From the NCBI GenBank assembly GCA_045643805.1, contig JAZRFT010000034.1:12222-44221 (forward strand): a stretch of DNA of 32,000 nt. Reading direction: 5' to 3'. The position numbers and the translations under genes are program-made. Of the stretch, positions 1 through 8,953 are shown one piece after another. Under the pieces are notes generated by a model. It saw only the letters and a list, made by a program, of their open reading frames with translations, ran no database searches and was not told where the DNA came from. The first letter of the stretch is position 1. Every line of letters starts with the position of its first letter. This stretch comes from Acutalibacteraceae bacterium. Lineage in GTDB: Bacteria > Bacillota > Clostridia > Oscillospirales > Acutalibacteraceae.

Positions 1-1077
1 GAGGAATCTCTTACAGGTCAGTATCTAAGCGGCAGAAAGATTATTCCTGTTCCCGAAAAGCGTCGTGAAGGAAACGGCAAAAGCCTTAAGGTTTACGGAG
101 CAACACAAAATAACCTTAAAAATGTTGATGTTGAAATTCCTTTGGGTAAACTTGTATGCGTAACAGGTGTTTCGGGCTCGGGTAAATCCTCGCTTGTCAA
201 TGAGATACTTTATAAATACCTCAGCAATGAATTGAACGGCTCAAAGAAGATACCTGGACTATTCAGAAAAATTGAAGGGATTGAGCATCTTGATAAAATT
301 ATCAGTATTGATCAGTCACCGATAGGAAGAACACCACGCTCAAATCCTGCCACATATACGGGAGTCTTTACGGATATACGCGAGCTTTTTGCTTCAACAA
401 CGGATTCAAAGGCTAAGGGCTTTACTGCAAGTAGATTTTCCTTTAACATCAAGGGCGGTCGCTGTGAGGCTTGTCAGGGTGACGGTATCGTAAAAATCGA
501 AATGCACTTCCTTGCTGATATATTCGTTCCTTGTGATGTGTGCAAGGGTAAGAGATACAACAGCGAAACACTCTCCGTCAAATATAAAGGTAAATCAATT
601 AACGATGTACTTGAAATGACCGTTGAGGAGGGTATGCAGTTTTTTGAAAATCACAGAAAGATTTATAAAAAGCTTAAAACCCTTTACGATGTAGGTCTGG
701 GGTATATTAAAATCGGTCAGCCCGCTACTACGCTTTCAGGCGGTGAGGCACAGAGAGTCAAGTTATCAACGGAGCTTTCCAAAACCGCAACAGGAAGAAC
801 AATTTATATTCTCGATGAACCCACAACAGGTCTTCATACTGCAGATGTGCACAGACTTATCAATGTTCTTCACTCTCTTGTTGACAGCGGAAACAGCGTT
901 GTTGTAATCGAGCATAACCTTGATGTCATCAAATGTGCTGATCATATAATTGACCTCGGCCCCGAAGGCGGTGACGGCGGCGGATTTATCGTTGCTCAAG
1001 GTGCTCCGGAGGAAATTATAAAGGTTAAAGAATCCTATACCGGTCAATATCTTGCTAAATATTTTAACAAAATGTAA
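1..1077 (+). CDS. uvrA: Excinuclease ABC subunit A (UvrA), C-terminal part; the 5' end lies outside the window
   Basis: Frame 1 is open from nt 1 ([29 protein letters not shown]...) into the 142..1077 track ORF. It carries the second ABC module: Walker [10 protein letters not shown], zinc finger CEACQGDG...[12 protein letters not shown] signature LSGGEAQR and Walker B IYILDEP. Stop TAA is at 1075-1077. Confidence 0.95.
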   Translation, partial: EESLTGQYLSGRKIIPVPEKRREGNGKSLKVYGATQNNLKNVDVEIPLGKLVCVTGVSGSGKSSLVNEILYKYLSNELNGSKKIPGLFRKIEGIEHLDKIISIDQSPIGRTPRSNPATYTGVFTDIRELFASTTDSKAKGFTASRFSFNIKGGRCEACQGDGIVKIEMHFLADIFVPCDVCKGKRYNSETLSVKYKGKSINDVLEMTVEEGMQFFENHRKIYKKLKTLYDVGLGYIKIGQPATTLSGGEAQRVKLSTELSKTATGRTIYILDEPTTGLHTADVHRLINVLHSLVDSGNSVVVIEHNLDVIKCADHIIDLGPEGGDGGGFIVAQGAPEEIIKVKESYTGQYLAKYFNKM

Positions 1078-1084
1078 ATATGAA

Positions 1085-1130
1085 CAAAGGCAGGGGATTT
1101 TGGTTTAAATACCCTTGCCTTTGTTTTTTT
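1085..1130 (+). terminator. Rho-independent terminator of uvrA
   Basis: Stem 1085-1096 (caaaggcagggg) pairs with 1112-1123 (cccttgcctttg), with one G-U pair. The loop is 1097-1111 and is followed by gttttttt (1123-1130). Confidence 0.75.
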
Positions 1131-1143
1131 ATTGTGCTATAAT
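1115..1143 (+). promoter_or_regulatory. SigA-type promoter with extended -10 for the GPH transporter gene
   Basis: -35 TTGCCT (1115-1120), 17-bp spacer, TGc TATAAT (1135-1143). The -35 sits in the 3' arm of the uvrA terminator. Confidence 0.5.
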
Positions 1144-1152
1144 TTCAAAGTT

Positions 1153-1176
1153 AAATGCACAAAATTTTGTGCATTT
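1153..1176. promoter_or_regulatory. Perfect 24-bp palindrome (candidate operator) just downstream of the predicted -10
   Basis: AAATGCACAAAA|TTTTGTGCATTT is exactly self-complementary. It lies about +3 to +26 relative to the start predicted from the -10 at 1138-1143. Confidence 0.5.
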
Positions 1177-1213
1177 TGGTTATGATTTACATAAGAAAGG
1201 ATATGGGAAAACC

Positions 1214-2794
1214 ATGAAATCAAACGGATTTTTTCACAAGCTTTTTGGTACAACTCCCGGTAAGGGTGTTCAGCCTAAGGAAGCTATTGCTTACGGCGTA
1301 GCAGGCTTCGGCCAGAACTTTATTTGTACCATCATCGGATCTTACCTGACAGTATTTATGACTGACGCGCTTCTTTTTGGTGCTGAAGGCGTTAAAATCG
1401 GTGCAATGGACGGTGCAATTGCAGTTGCATTCCTTATGCTCGCAACAAGAGTTTTCGATGCATGTAACGACCCTATTATGGGCTCAATTGTTGACAAAAC
1501 AAGAACAAAGTGGGGTAAATGCCGTCCCTTCCTTAAATGGATGGCTATTCCTATCGGTATATGCACAATTCTTTGCTTCCTTCCTGTTTATCAGGCAAAG
1601 ACAGTTTGGACTTTTGCAGTAATTTCTGTTCTTTATGTTATCTGGTCTGTTGCTTACACAGTTGCTGACGTTCCTTATTGGGGCCTTGCAACCTGCCTTA
1701 CAAATGATACAACCGTAAGAGGCAACATCCTTACAGTAGTTCGTCTTGTTTGCACAGTGGGTGCAGGTATCGTTACTGTTGGTGTTCCTATCATTACAGA
1801 TGCAGTTACAAAGAAGTTCAAGTACACTGCTGCTGATATGGATGCAATCCTTGTTGACAAAGCAGAGCAGATTGCAAGCATCGTTAAAAATCAGGGGGTT
1901 TCAATTGAAGAGGCTGCAAATTCATTCATCGGTACTGTTATGAACAGCAGCGTTCAGGCAAATGCTGACACACTTAAGTGGGTTTACTTCATCTGTGCTG
2001 TTGTGTTTGTTGTTGCCGCTATGCCTATGTTCTTCTACGGCTTCAAGAATACAAAAGAACACATTACTGCTGACTATGACAATGTACCCACATTCGGTCA
2101 TAACCTCAAGCTCCTTTTCAAGAACAAAGAACTTCTTCTCATCGTTCTTTCAGGTGTTCTCGGCGGTGCAAGAATGGTTTACTCCTACACCGGCGGTCTT
2201 TACTTTGCAAAGTATGTTCTTAAGAACGAAGGCTTATACGGTATCATCACTCTTCTTGTTATTCCCGGCGGTCTTGTTGCATCAGTTCTTGTTCCCTGGC
2301 TTACAAAGAAGTTTACAAAGAAGTGGACATACATTCTCGTTCACCTTTTCGGCGGCGTTGTAATGGCTGTTATGTACTTTGTTGGTTATGACGCTCCCTG
2401 GAAGCTTGTTGTAAGTGCAATCGGTCTTGTTCTCCTCGGTATTCCCCAGGGTGTTAACAACATCATGAGCTATGCTATGATCGGTGACACTGTTGACTAT
2501 CTTGAATGGAAGACAGGTGAAAGAGGTGAAGGTATCTGCTTCGCTATGCAGACACTTATCAACAAAATCGGTATGGCTGTCGGTGCATTCATCGGTGTTA
2601 TGTCAATGAGCATTGCAGGTATCGATGCTGAAACAGGCTTCGTTAAGTCACCCGACACACTCTGGAACGTGCTTATCCTTTCAGGTGTAATCAGTATGTT
2701 TGCTTGTGCAGTTCCCATGTTCTTCTACTCACTTACTGAAAAGCGTCAGAGAGAGCTTGTTTCCGAAATTGAAGCAAGAAAAGTTACAAAATAA
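1214..2794 (+). CDS. Glycoside-pentoside-hexuronide (GPH):cation symporter family sugar transporter
   Basis: Start moved from track position 1115 to ATG 1214 (MKSNGFF...), behind AAGAAAGGA (1193-1201); the longer ORF would run through the promoter and palindrome. It is a polytopic membrane protein. The GPH-type loop motif is RVFDACNDPIMGSIVDKTRTKWGKCRPF, and overall it resembles MelB/YicJ-type symporters. Confidence 0.85.
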   Translation: MKSNGFFHKLFGTTPGKGVQPKEAIAYGVAGFGQNFICTIIGSYLTVFMTDALLFGAEGVKIGAMDGAIAVAFLMLATRVFDACNDPIMGSIVDKTRTKWGKCRPFLKWMAIPIGICTILCFLPVYQAKTVWTFAVISVLYVIWSVAYTVADVPYWGLATCLTNDTTVRGNILTVVRLVCTVGAGIVTVGVPIITDAVTKKFKYTAADMDAILVDKAEQIASIVKNQGVSIEEAANSFIGTVMNSSVQANADTLKWVYFICAVVFVVAAMPMFFYGFKNTKEHITADYDNVPTFGHNLKLLFKNKELLLIVLSGVLGGARMVYSYTGGLYFAKYVLKNEGLYGIITLLVIPGGLVASVLVPWLTKKFTKKWTYILVHLFGGVVMAVMYFVGYDAPWKLVVSAIGLVLLGIPQGVNNIMSYAMIGDTVDYLEWKTGERGEGICFAMQTLINKIGMAVGAFIGVMSMSIAGIDAETGFVKSPDTLWNVLILSGVISMFACAVPMFFYSLTEKRQRELVSEIEARKVTK

Positions 2795-2805
2795 ATTTAA
2801 TTATG

Positions 2806-2842
2806 AAAGGCTGTTTATTATCTCAATAGGCAGCCTTTTATT
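2806..2842 (+). terminator. Hairpin plus U-tract between the transporter and glucosidase genes (terminator or attenuator)
   Basis: 2806-2819 pairs with 2825-2838 (aaaggctgtttatt / aataggcagccttt, including two G-U pairs) around a 5-nt loop. It is followed by ttttatt. The next ATG is only about 22 nt downstream. Confidence 0.55.
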
Positions 2843-2863
2843 GCTAAAAAGGAGAGAAACGTT

Positions 2864-4528
2864 ATGGAGAAAAAATGGTACAAAGAAATGTCCGTTTATC
2901 AGATATGGCCTCGCAGCTTCTGTGACGGCAACGGTGACGGCATCGGTGACCTTGAGGGTATTATTTCAAAGCTTGATTACATCAAGGAGCTTGGAGTTGA
3001 CGCTATATGGTTTTCACCGCTTTTCCCTTCGCCGAATGCTGACTACGGCTACGATATTGCTGATTACCGTGATATTTCTAAGGATTACGGTACACTTGAG
3101 CAGTTCAAGGTTTTACTTGACGAGGCTCACAAACGCGGCTTGAAGATAATTATGGACCTTGTAATCAATCATACCTCTGATGAGCACAATTGGTTCAAGG
3201 AAAGTAAAAAAGGTGAGGATAATCCCTATCACGATTATTACATCTGGCGCAAAGGCAGAAAGCCCGGCAAGGAGCCCAACAACTGGCTTTCCACCTTCCA
3301 GGGCAAGGCTTGGGAATATTGCAAGGAAATTGACAAATATTACCTTCATGTTTTTGCAAAGGGTCAACCTGACCTTAATATGGATAATCCTAAGGTTCGT
3401 AAGGAAATCAAGGATATAATACGCTTTTGGCTTGATATGGGTGTTGACGGCTTCCGTGAAGATGTTATAACATTCATTTCAAAGGAGCCGGGTCTTCCCA
3501 ACGGTTTTCCTCTTCCTACTGCAACGGGTATTGAGCATTATAAGAACGGTCCCAACCTTAAAAAATATCTTCAGGAATTCAAAGAGGTTTATAATGATTA
3601 CGATTGCTTCACCGTAGGCGAAGCTCCGATGATGACTCCTAAAAGTGCCCTTGAATTTATAAGAGAGGGTGAGGGTCAGCTTCTTAACATGATGTTCCAC
3701 TTTGAACACATGAACTGTGACAACATAATCACAAACTGGATTGTTACTCCTTTCCGTCCTGCAAAGCTCAAGAAGGTTTACAACAATTGGCAGACAAAGT
3801 TACAAGGTATAGCCTGGAATGCAAACTACATTGAAAATCACGACCAGCCGAGAATAATTTCACGCTACGGTAGTGAAAAATACCGTGAGCAGAGCGGTAA
3901 AATGCTTGCTACAATGTACATCTGTCAGTCAGGTACACCCTTTATTTATCAAGGCCAGGAAATCGGTATGACAAACCCGAAGATTGACTCAATTGACCGT
4001 TACAAGGATGTTTCCTCACTTAACACTTATGCGCTGTTCAGAAAGCTCGGCTTTAGTGATAAGTTTACAATGAAGTTCTGTATGTATGCATCACGTGATA
4101 ATGCAAGAACTCCTATGCAGTGGAACGACAGCAAAAATGCCGGCTTTACAACGGCTGACGAGCCTTGGTTTGAGATTAACCCGAATTACATTTTTATCAA
4201 CGCAGAAGCTGAACAGAAAAACGAAAATTCAATTCTTAATTACTATAAAAAGCTTCTTCGCTTCCGTAAGGAAAACGATATTGTTAAATACGGCAGCTTT
4301 GAAATGCTCAAAACGGATAAGAACATTTTTGCTTATATCAGAAAATATGAAGGACAGAAGATGCTTGTGCTTTGCTCTTTCACTGAAAAGGAAATGGCTT
4401 TCCGAGCTTCTTCCGATTTCAATATAAATGATGCAGAGCTTGTGCTCTCGAACTATCAGACAAATCCTGTAATTCATAACGGTTTCTTTACAAGACCTTA
4501 TGAAACAAGAGTATATCTCATTAAATAA
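2864..4528 (+). CDS. GH13 alpha-glucosidase / oligo-1,6-glucosidase-type enzyme (cytoplasmic)
   Basis: All four GH13 conserved regions are present: DLVINHTS, GFREDVI, GEAP and ENHDQPR. The N-terminus WYKEMSVYQIWPRSF...GDGIGDL is typical of the oligo-1,6-glucosidase subfamily. RBS AAAGGAGAG is at 2848-2856. There is no signal peptide. Confidence 0.9.
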   Translation: MEKKWYKEMSVYQIWPRSFCDGNGDGIGDLEGIISKLDYIKELGVDAIWFSPLFPSPNADYGYDIADYRDISKDYGTLEQFKVLLDEAHKRGLKIIMDLVINHTSDEHNWFKESKKGEDNPYHDYYIWRKGRKPGKEPNNWLSTFQGKAWEYCKEIDKYYLHVFAKGQPDLNMDNPKVRKEIKDIIRFWLDMGVDGFREDVITFISKEPGLPNGFPLPTATGIEHYKNGPNLKKYLQEFKEVYNDYDCFTVGEAPMMTPKSALEFIREGEGQLLNMMFHFEHMNCDNIITNWIVTPFRPAKLKKVYNNWQTKLQGIAWNANYIENHDQPRIISRYGSEKYREQSGKMLATMYICQSGTPFIYQGQEIGMTNPKIDSIDRYKDVSSLNTYALFRKLGFSDKFTMKFCMYASRDNARTPMQWNDSKNAGFTTADEPWFEINPNYIFINAEAEQKNENSILNYYKKLLRFRKENDIVKYGSFEMLKTDKNIFAYIRKYEGQKMLVLCSFTEKEMAFRASSDFNINDAELVLSNYQTNPVIHNGFFTRPYETRVYLIK

Positions 4529-4534
4529 ACAGTT

Positions 4535-4568
4535 AACCCCGTAGTTTTAAGCTACGGGGTTGATTTTA
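4535..4568. terminator. Bidirectional terminator shared by the convergent glucosidase and YfcC genes
   Basis: aaccccgtag (4535-4544) pairs with ctacggggtt (4552-4561) around a 7-nt loop. The hairpin has a T-rich tail (gatttta) on the + strand and A-rich 5' flank, giving a U-tract on the - strand. Confidence 0.8.
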
Positions 4569-4582
4569 TCTAATATTTGTTT

Positions 4583-6070
4583 TTAATAGCCTATTGCTGT
4601 GCCTAAAAGTACAATTCCGAAGGTTGCGAGGAAAACGCCTAAAAACAGCTTCCAGGAGCATTTTATGTACTTGATATATGACATATTTATCATACCGATT
4701 GCAATCATCAAAAGAGCATTTGTCGGGAAAAGAACGTTACAGATACCGTCACTCAAGCAGAAAGCAACGATAAGATTCTGTTCACCGATACCCATCATAT
4801 TAACAAGAGGGAGAAGAATGGGCATAAGAAGGAATGCTTTTGCAGAGCCGCTGCCGATGAAGAACTCAAAAACACAGATTACAAAGAAAATGATTATTAT
4901 TGCAACATAAGGATTGACGGAGCTGATAAGATTATAAACGTGATAAAGGATGGTGTCGATTATCATACCGCTTTTAAGTATGTAAGTAATTGCTATAATT
5001 GAAAGAATCATAGGAGCACAGGGGAGGATTGTTTTAATACCTTCACCGAAAACAGATTTGAGCTGTTTGTTACTGAAGCCACTGATTTTACCTGCTCTTA
5101 TACCACCGACTGTGAAAAGTATAGCCATTGAAGCAAGAGGAAGGTAGCCGATGATTCCTGCTACTGTCTGATTTTTAACAACAATGTTTGTAATAAGACA
5201 GAGAATAGTAATGCATAAAACCGAAACAAGAGCGTAAACAAAAGCTTTTGATGCTCTTGGAAGGTTAGGGTTAGACTCAACCTTTTTCATTTCAGCCTCG
5301 TCGAAGAATCTTGTTTTAAGCTCCTGGTCAGCTTCGTAGCAAAGGGATTTTTTTGGGTCCTTTTCAATCTTCTTTGCATAGCTGATGAAGAATCCTGCAA
5401 CAACTGCATATATTACGATAAACACAAAAATTCTGAAAAGAACGCCGGAGAACATCGGAAGTCCTGCCATTGACTGTGTAATACCTACGTTGAAGGGGTT
5501 AAAGGTTGCTGCCGAATAACCGAAGGTTACGGACATAAGGCTGATACCGAGTCCGACAAAGGAGTCCCAACCGAGTGAAATTGAAATAGCAACCGCTAAA
5601 GGCACAAGCGTTACTGACTCTTCAAGAATACCTGCAAAGGAGGAAAGCAGCATACAGCCAAAAATCATTATTGCAAGCAAAGCGTATTTTTTGTGTCCGA
5701 ACTTTTTAACAATGACAGACATCATATATTTAAGCACTCCGCTTTTGTCGAGAATAAGGAAAGAGCCGCCGATAAGCGTAATAACAAGGATGATAATCAC
5801 ACCTGTCATAGCATCACCGGGAGCCTTGATGAACATTTCAATCGGTGAAATAAAAATACGCCAGAAGCTGTAGCCAACCTCTTCGTGAGTAAGCTCGTGA
5901 TATGTTCCGTTGATTATTGAGCCGTCAGCGTCTGTTTCGTATGCACCGGGAGTTACAATTTGTGTAAGAGCACCTACAAGTATCATAATAACAGTAAGAA
6001 GCAGGGTGATACCTATAAGCGTCTTCTTATCAATTTTTATGAATGATTTTGATTCTTCGTGTTTTTGCAT
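4583..6070 (-). CDS. YfcC-family (DcuC/ion-transporter superfamily-like) integral membrane transporter
   Basis: 495 aa and strongly hydrophobic throughout, with an N-terminal KKTLIGITLLL... anchor. It resembles YfcC / putative basic amino acid antiporter proteins. The SD AAGGAG (6078-6083, - strand) overlaps the stop codon of the upstream PHP gene. Confidence 0.8.
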   Translation of the reverse strand: MQKHEESKSFIKIDKKTLIGITLLLTVIMILVGALTQIVTPGAYETDADGSIINGTYHELTHEEVGYSFWRIFISPIEMFIKAPGDAMTGVIIILVITLIGGSFLILDKSGVLKYMMSVIVKKFGHKKYALLAIMIFGCMLLSSFAGILEESVTLVPLAVAISISLGWDSFVGLGISLMSVTFGYSAATFNPFNVGITQSMAGLPMFSGVLFRIFVFIVIYAVVAGFFISYAKKIEKDPKKSLCYEADQELKTRFFDEAEMKKVESNPNLPRASKAFVYALVSVLCITILCLITNIVVKNQTVAGIIGYLPLASMAILFTVGGIRAGKISGFSNKQLKSVFGEGIKTILPCAPMILSIIAITYILKSGMIIDTILYHVYNLISSVNPYVAIIIIFFVICVFEFFIGSGSAKAFLLMPILLPLVNMMGIGEQNLIVAFCLSDGICNVLFPTNALLMIAIGMINMSYIKYIKCSWKLFLGVFLATFGIVLLGTAIGY

Positions 6071-6081
6071 TTTGGGTCTCC

Positions 6082-6900
6082 TTAAATATTGTTATTGATT
6101 TCAAGTATTTCTCTTCCTGTATAGAAGTTAATTTTTTCAAAGCCAAGCTTTTTTACAAGGCTCATACATTCGTAAATACCTTCTCCTACATCCTGGGCAC
6201 AGTGTGCATCAGAGCCGATAGTAATGTTTTTGCCGCCAAGCTCCTTATATCTTTTGATAATTGCTTCATCGGGCATAGGTCTTGCCATCATCTGTCGAAG
6301 TCCCGAGGAGTTGATTTCAAGGGATTTATTGTTTTCGATAACAGCCTTCAGCAATTCGTCAGTTTCCTTTGAAATTTTTGTATAATCAAAGTCCAGGGCG
6401 AATTTACCCTGAATCCTTCTCATAGGGCAGGTTATGTGAGCAAGAACATCACAACCGTCCCAATAAGCAAGCTCAGTAAGCTCACGGAAATAATCACGCA
6501 TAAAGCTGTAAACATCAATTTCGTTGTAGGGTATTTCCTTTACATCACAGTCAAAGCCCTTCGGTGTGTGAATTGAGCCTAGAATAATATCGTATTTGTG
6601 ATTATTTATAATTTTTTCACTTAAAGCCTTATCGTAAAGCGGTTGTGCAATTTCAAGTCCTAAAAGCACAAGAAGCTCACCCTCAAAGGATGATTTCGCC
6701 TTAAGGCATTCAAAATAAGAGTGAAAAACCATACTATTATACTTATGAGAAAAGAATTTGTCAATCTCACAGTGATCGGTAAAGGCAATTGCTCTTAAGC
6801 CTTTGTCAACAGCCTGCTCGCACATATACATAGGTGAATGCTGTCCGTCAGGTGAATTATCGGAATGAACGTGCATATCCATAATTCTCTGCTTGTTCAT
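6082..6900 (-). CDS. PHP-family phosphoesterase (histidinol-phosphatase HisK-like)
   Basis: Start moved to ATG 6900 (MNKQRIMDMHVHS...), 5 nt after AAAGGAGGG; the track start at 6951 lies inside the predicted promoter. PHP metal-ligand motifs are present: MHVHS, FTDH, LGLEI, GSIH, LAHI and GSDAH. Confidence 0.8.
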   Translation of the reverse strand: MNKQRIMDMHVHSDNSPDGQHSPMYMCEQAVDKGLRAIAFTDHCEIDKFFSHKYNSMVFHSYFECLKAKSSFEGELLVLLGLEIAQPLYDKALSEKIINNHKYDIILGSIHTPKGFDCDVKEIPYNEIDVYSFMRDYFRELTELAYWDGCDVLAHITCPMRRIQGKFALDFDYTKISKETDELLKAVIENNKSLEINSSGLRQMMARPMPDEAIIKRYKELGGKNITIGSDAHCAQDVGEGIYECMSLVKKLGFEKINFYTGREILEINNNI

Positions 6901-6952
6901 AAAAGCCCTCCTTTGTTGTATATTAGTATAGTAAAATTGCAAAATTTTCATA

Positions 6953-6981
6953 ATTATACAACATTATGTGAGATTATGCAA
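6953..6981 (-). promoter_or_regulatory. SigA-type promoter for the PHP-phosphatase/YfcC operon
   Basis: On the minus strand: TTGCAT (6981-6976), 17-bp spacer, TATAAT (6958-6953). Confidence 0.55.
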
Positions 6982-7106
6982 TATATTTTCAATAAAAATA
7001 CATGCTTATTGATTAAAATATGGAATATAATAACATAAATATATCAGTCTTTAATGCAAAGAATAATTACTGCAAACGCAAAAAATAATTTAAAGGAGAA
7101 AAAAAC

Positions 7107-7301
7107 ATGTCAAACAATTCAAAGAGTATGGTGCCCGAAGCACGTGAAGCTCTCAACAGGTTCAAGATGGAAGCTGCTTCTGAGGTTGGCGTAAACCTTC
7201 AGCAGGGCTACAACGGTCACCTTACTTCACGTGAAGCAGGTTCAGTAGGCGGTCAGATGGTCAAGAAAATGATCGAATCCTACGAAAAGAATATGAAATA
7301 A
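7107..7301 (+). CDS. Small acid-soluble spore protein, alpha/beta type
   Basis: 64 aa. It has the two conserved alpha/beta-SASP blocks, EALNRFKMEAASEVGV and LTSREAGSVGGQMVKKMIE. A strong RBS AAAGGAG lies at 7092-7098. Confidence 0.9.
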   Translation: MSNNSKSMVPEAREALNRFKMEAASEVGVNLQQGYNGHLTSREAGSVGGQMVKKMIESYEKNMK

Positions 7302-7313
7302 CATTATTTCATA

Positions 7314-7345
7314 AAAGGCTGCCGATTAGGGCAGCTTTTATTTTT
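7314..7345 (+). terminator. Rho-independent terminator of the SASP gene
   Basis: aaaggctgcc (7314-7323) pairs with ggcagctttt (7330-7339) around a 6-nt loop. It is followed by atttttg. Confidence 0.8.
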
Positions 7346-7348
7346 GTG

Positions 7349-7377
7349 TTGCAGTTGATATCTGAGTGTGCTATAAT
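7349..7377 (+). promoter_or_regulatory. SigA-type promoter with extended -10 for the dipeptidase gene
   Basis: -35 TTGCAG (7349-7354), 17-bp spacer, TGc TATAAT (7369-7377). Confidence 0.55.
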
Positions 7378-7407
7378 GCATACAGCAAAATCAAAAGAGG
7401 TGTATTT

Positions 7408-8835
7408 ATGCTTAACGAAAAATATAACAAATTACTTGGTAAATGGATTGAATACAACAAAGAAGATATACTGCACAAGTGGATTGAGCTTGCAAAAATT
7501 CCGTCAATTAAATCTGCTCCCGAGGAGGATGCACCGTTTGGCATTAACTGTAAGGACGCTCTTTATAAGGCTGCGTATTTTTTTGAAAAGGACGGCTTTA
7601 AAACAAAAATAAATGACAGAAATACTTATGCCCTTTGTTCTTACGGTGAGGGTGAAAGAAAAATAGGACTTTTCAGTCACAGTGATGTAGTTCCCGTTGG
7701 CGATGACTGGATTTATACGGCACCCTTTGAGCCGATAATTATTAACGGTACACTTATCGGCAGGGGAGTTGAGGACAATAAATCAGGAATAATGGCGGCG
7801 CTTTGTATTTTCAGATTCCTCAAAGATAACAATATTGACCTTAAAAGCAAGCTGGAGCTTTTTATCGGCTCTGATGAAGAGTGCGGTATGGGTGACCTTA
7901 AGGATTATCTTCAAGAAGAAACAATGCCAGAGGTTTCACTTGTTCCTGACGCTGATTTTCCTTGCAGTATCGGTGAAAAGGGTATTTATCACCTTATGAG
8001 TGAAAGTTTAGTGGCATTTGACAGCATTACTTCAATTGAAGGCGGTGACGCTTACAACATAGTGCTTGATAAGGTTAATGTATGTCTGCCTTATAATGAA
8101 AATGCCCTTGCTGAAATCAACGAAAAAATCAAAAACAGAACTGACGTGACAGTAAATGCTGAAAGCGATTGCATTTATCTTCAGTTCAAGGGTGTTGCAA
8201 AGCATGCAAGTATTCCCGAAGGCTCGGTTAATGCGACTCTTGTTGCTGCGGAACTTCTTCTCGATTGTTCCTTTGTTTCTGATAATGATAAGGCCATTTT
8301 AAAAAGTGCAAGAGAGATGCTTTGCTGTCATTACGGCAAAGGCTTTGGAATTGAGCATAACGATTCGTTTTTCGGCAAAACAACCTGCGTAAACGGATTA
8401 TGCAAGACTGTTGACGGTAAGTTTCGTTTAAGCTTCGATATCCGTTACGGCAGCAGTCAGGATTCTTCAGTACTTGAAAAAACGGCGGATGACTACCTTG
8501 ATAAATACGGATTTACAGCCGTTGAAAAGGATAACCGTTCCGGATTCACAATTGATAAAAACAGTCCTTATCCCGAAATTTTTGAGAATATTTATGCTGA
8601 GCTTACGGGTGAAAGGCTTAACAGAGTTACAATGGCAGGCGGCACTTATGCCCGCAAGCTGAAAAATGCTTTTTCTATAGGCACTTATATAATTAAAAAA
8701 GACCGTGAAGCCCCCGTTTTCGAAATGCCTGAAGGTCACGGCGGTGCACATCAGTGCGACGAATGCATTGACATTGAGGGATTTTTTGAAGCTGTTAAGG
8801 TGTTGTTCAATTACATCCTGGCTTGTGATGAATAA
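7408..8835 (+). CDS. M20-family metallo-dipeptidase (PepV/Sapep-like)
   Basis: Start moved to ATG 7408 (MLNEKYN...), behind AAAAGAGGTG; the track start at 7366 overlaps the -10. M20 motifs are present: HSDVVP, GRGVEDNKSG and SDEECG. Its size is typical of PepV-like dipeptidases. Confidence 0.85.
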   Translation: MLNEKYNKLLGKWIEYNKEDILHKWIELAKIPSIKSAPEEDAPFGINCKDALYKAAYFFEKDGFKTKINDRNTYALCSYGEGERKIGLFSHSDVVPVGDDWIYTAPFEPIIINGTLIGRGVEDNKSGIMAALCIFRFLKDNNIDLKSKLELFIGSDEECGMGDLKDYLQEETMPEVSLVPDADFPCSIGEKGIYHLMSESLVAFDSITSIEGGDAYNIVLDKVNVCLPYNENALAEINEKIKNRTDVTVNAESDCIYLQFKGVAKHASIPEGSVNATLVAAELLLDCSFVSDNDKAILKSAREMLCCHYGKGFGIEHNDSFFGKTTCVNGLCKTVDGKFRLSFDIRYGSSQDSSVLEKTADDYLDKYGFTAVEKDNRSGFTIDKNSPYPEIFENIYAELTGERLNRVTMAGGTYARKLKNAFSIGTYIIKKDREAPVFEMPEGHGGAHQCDECIDIEGFFEAVKVLFNYILACDE

Positions 8836-8872
8836 AAATTTGAATTTATTTAGAAAAAATTGTTGAAAAGCA

Positions 8873-8901
8873 TTGCATTTTTTTAAAAATAGGAGTAATA
8901 T
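8873..8901 (+). promoter_or_regulatory. Possible SigA-type promoter for the MFS transporter gene
   Basis: TTGCAT (8873-8878), 17-bp spacer, TAATAT (8896-8901). This rests on hexamer matches only. Confidence 0.35.
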
Positions 8902-8953
8902 CCTTTAGTTGTTTAAAATTAAAGAATTTAAATTTATCGAAAGGATTTTTATT

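Noticed and set aside
1115-1213. An N-terminal extension of the GPH transporter (track start 1115)
   Set aside because: It would be translated across the uvrA terminator arm, the promoter and the 24-bp palindrome. ATG 1214 has a proper SD.
7040-7106. A forespore sigma-G promoter upstream of the SASP gene
   Set aside because: GAATA (7061-7065) fits the -35 consensus GHATR. The sequence 17-18 bp downstream (AATAATT) matches the -10 consensus CATxxTA only partially, so it is too weak to call from sequence alone.
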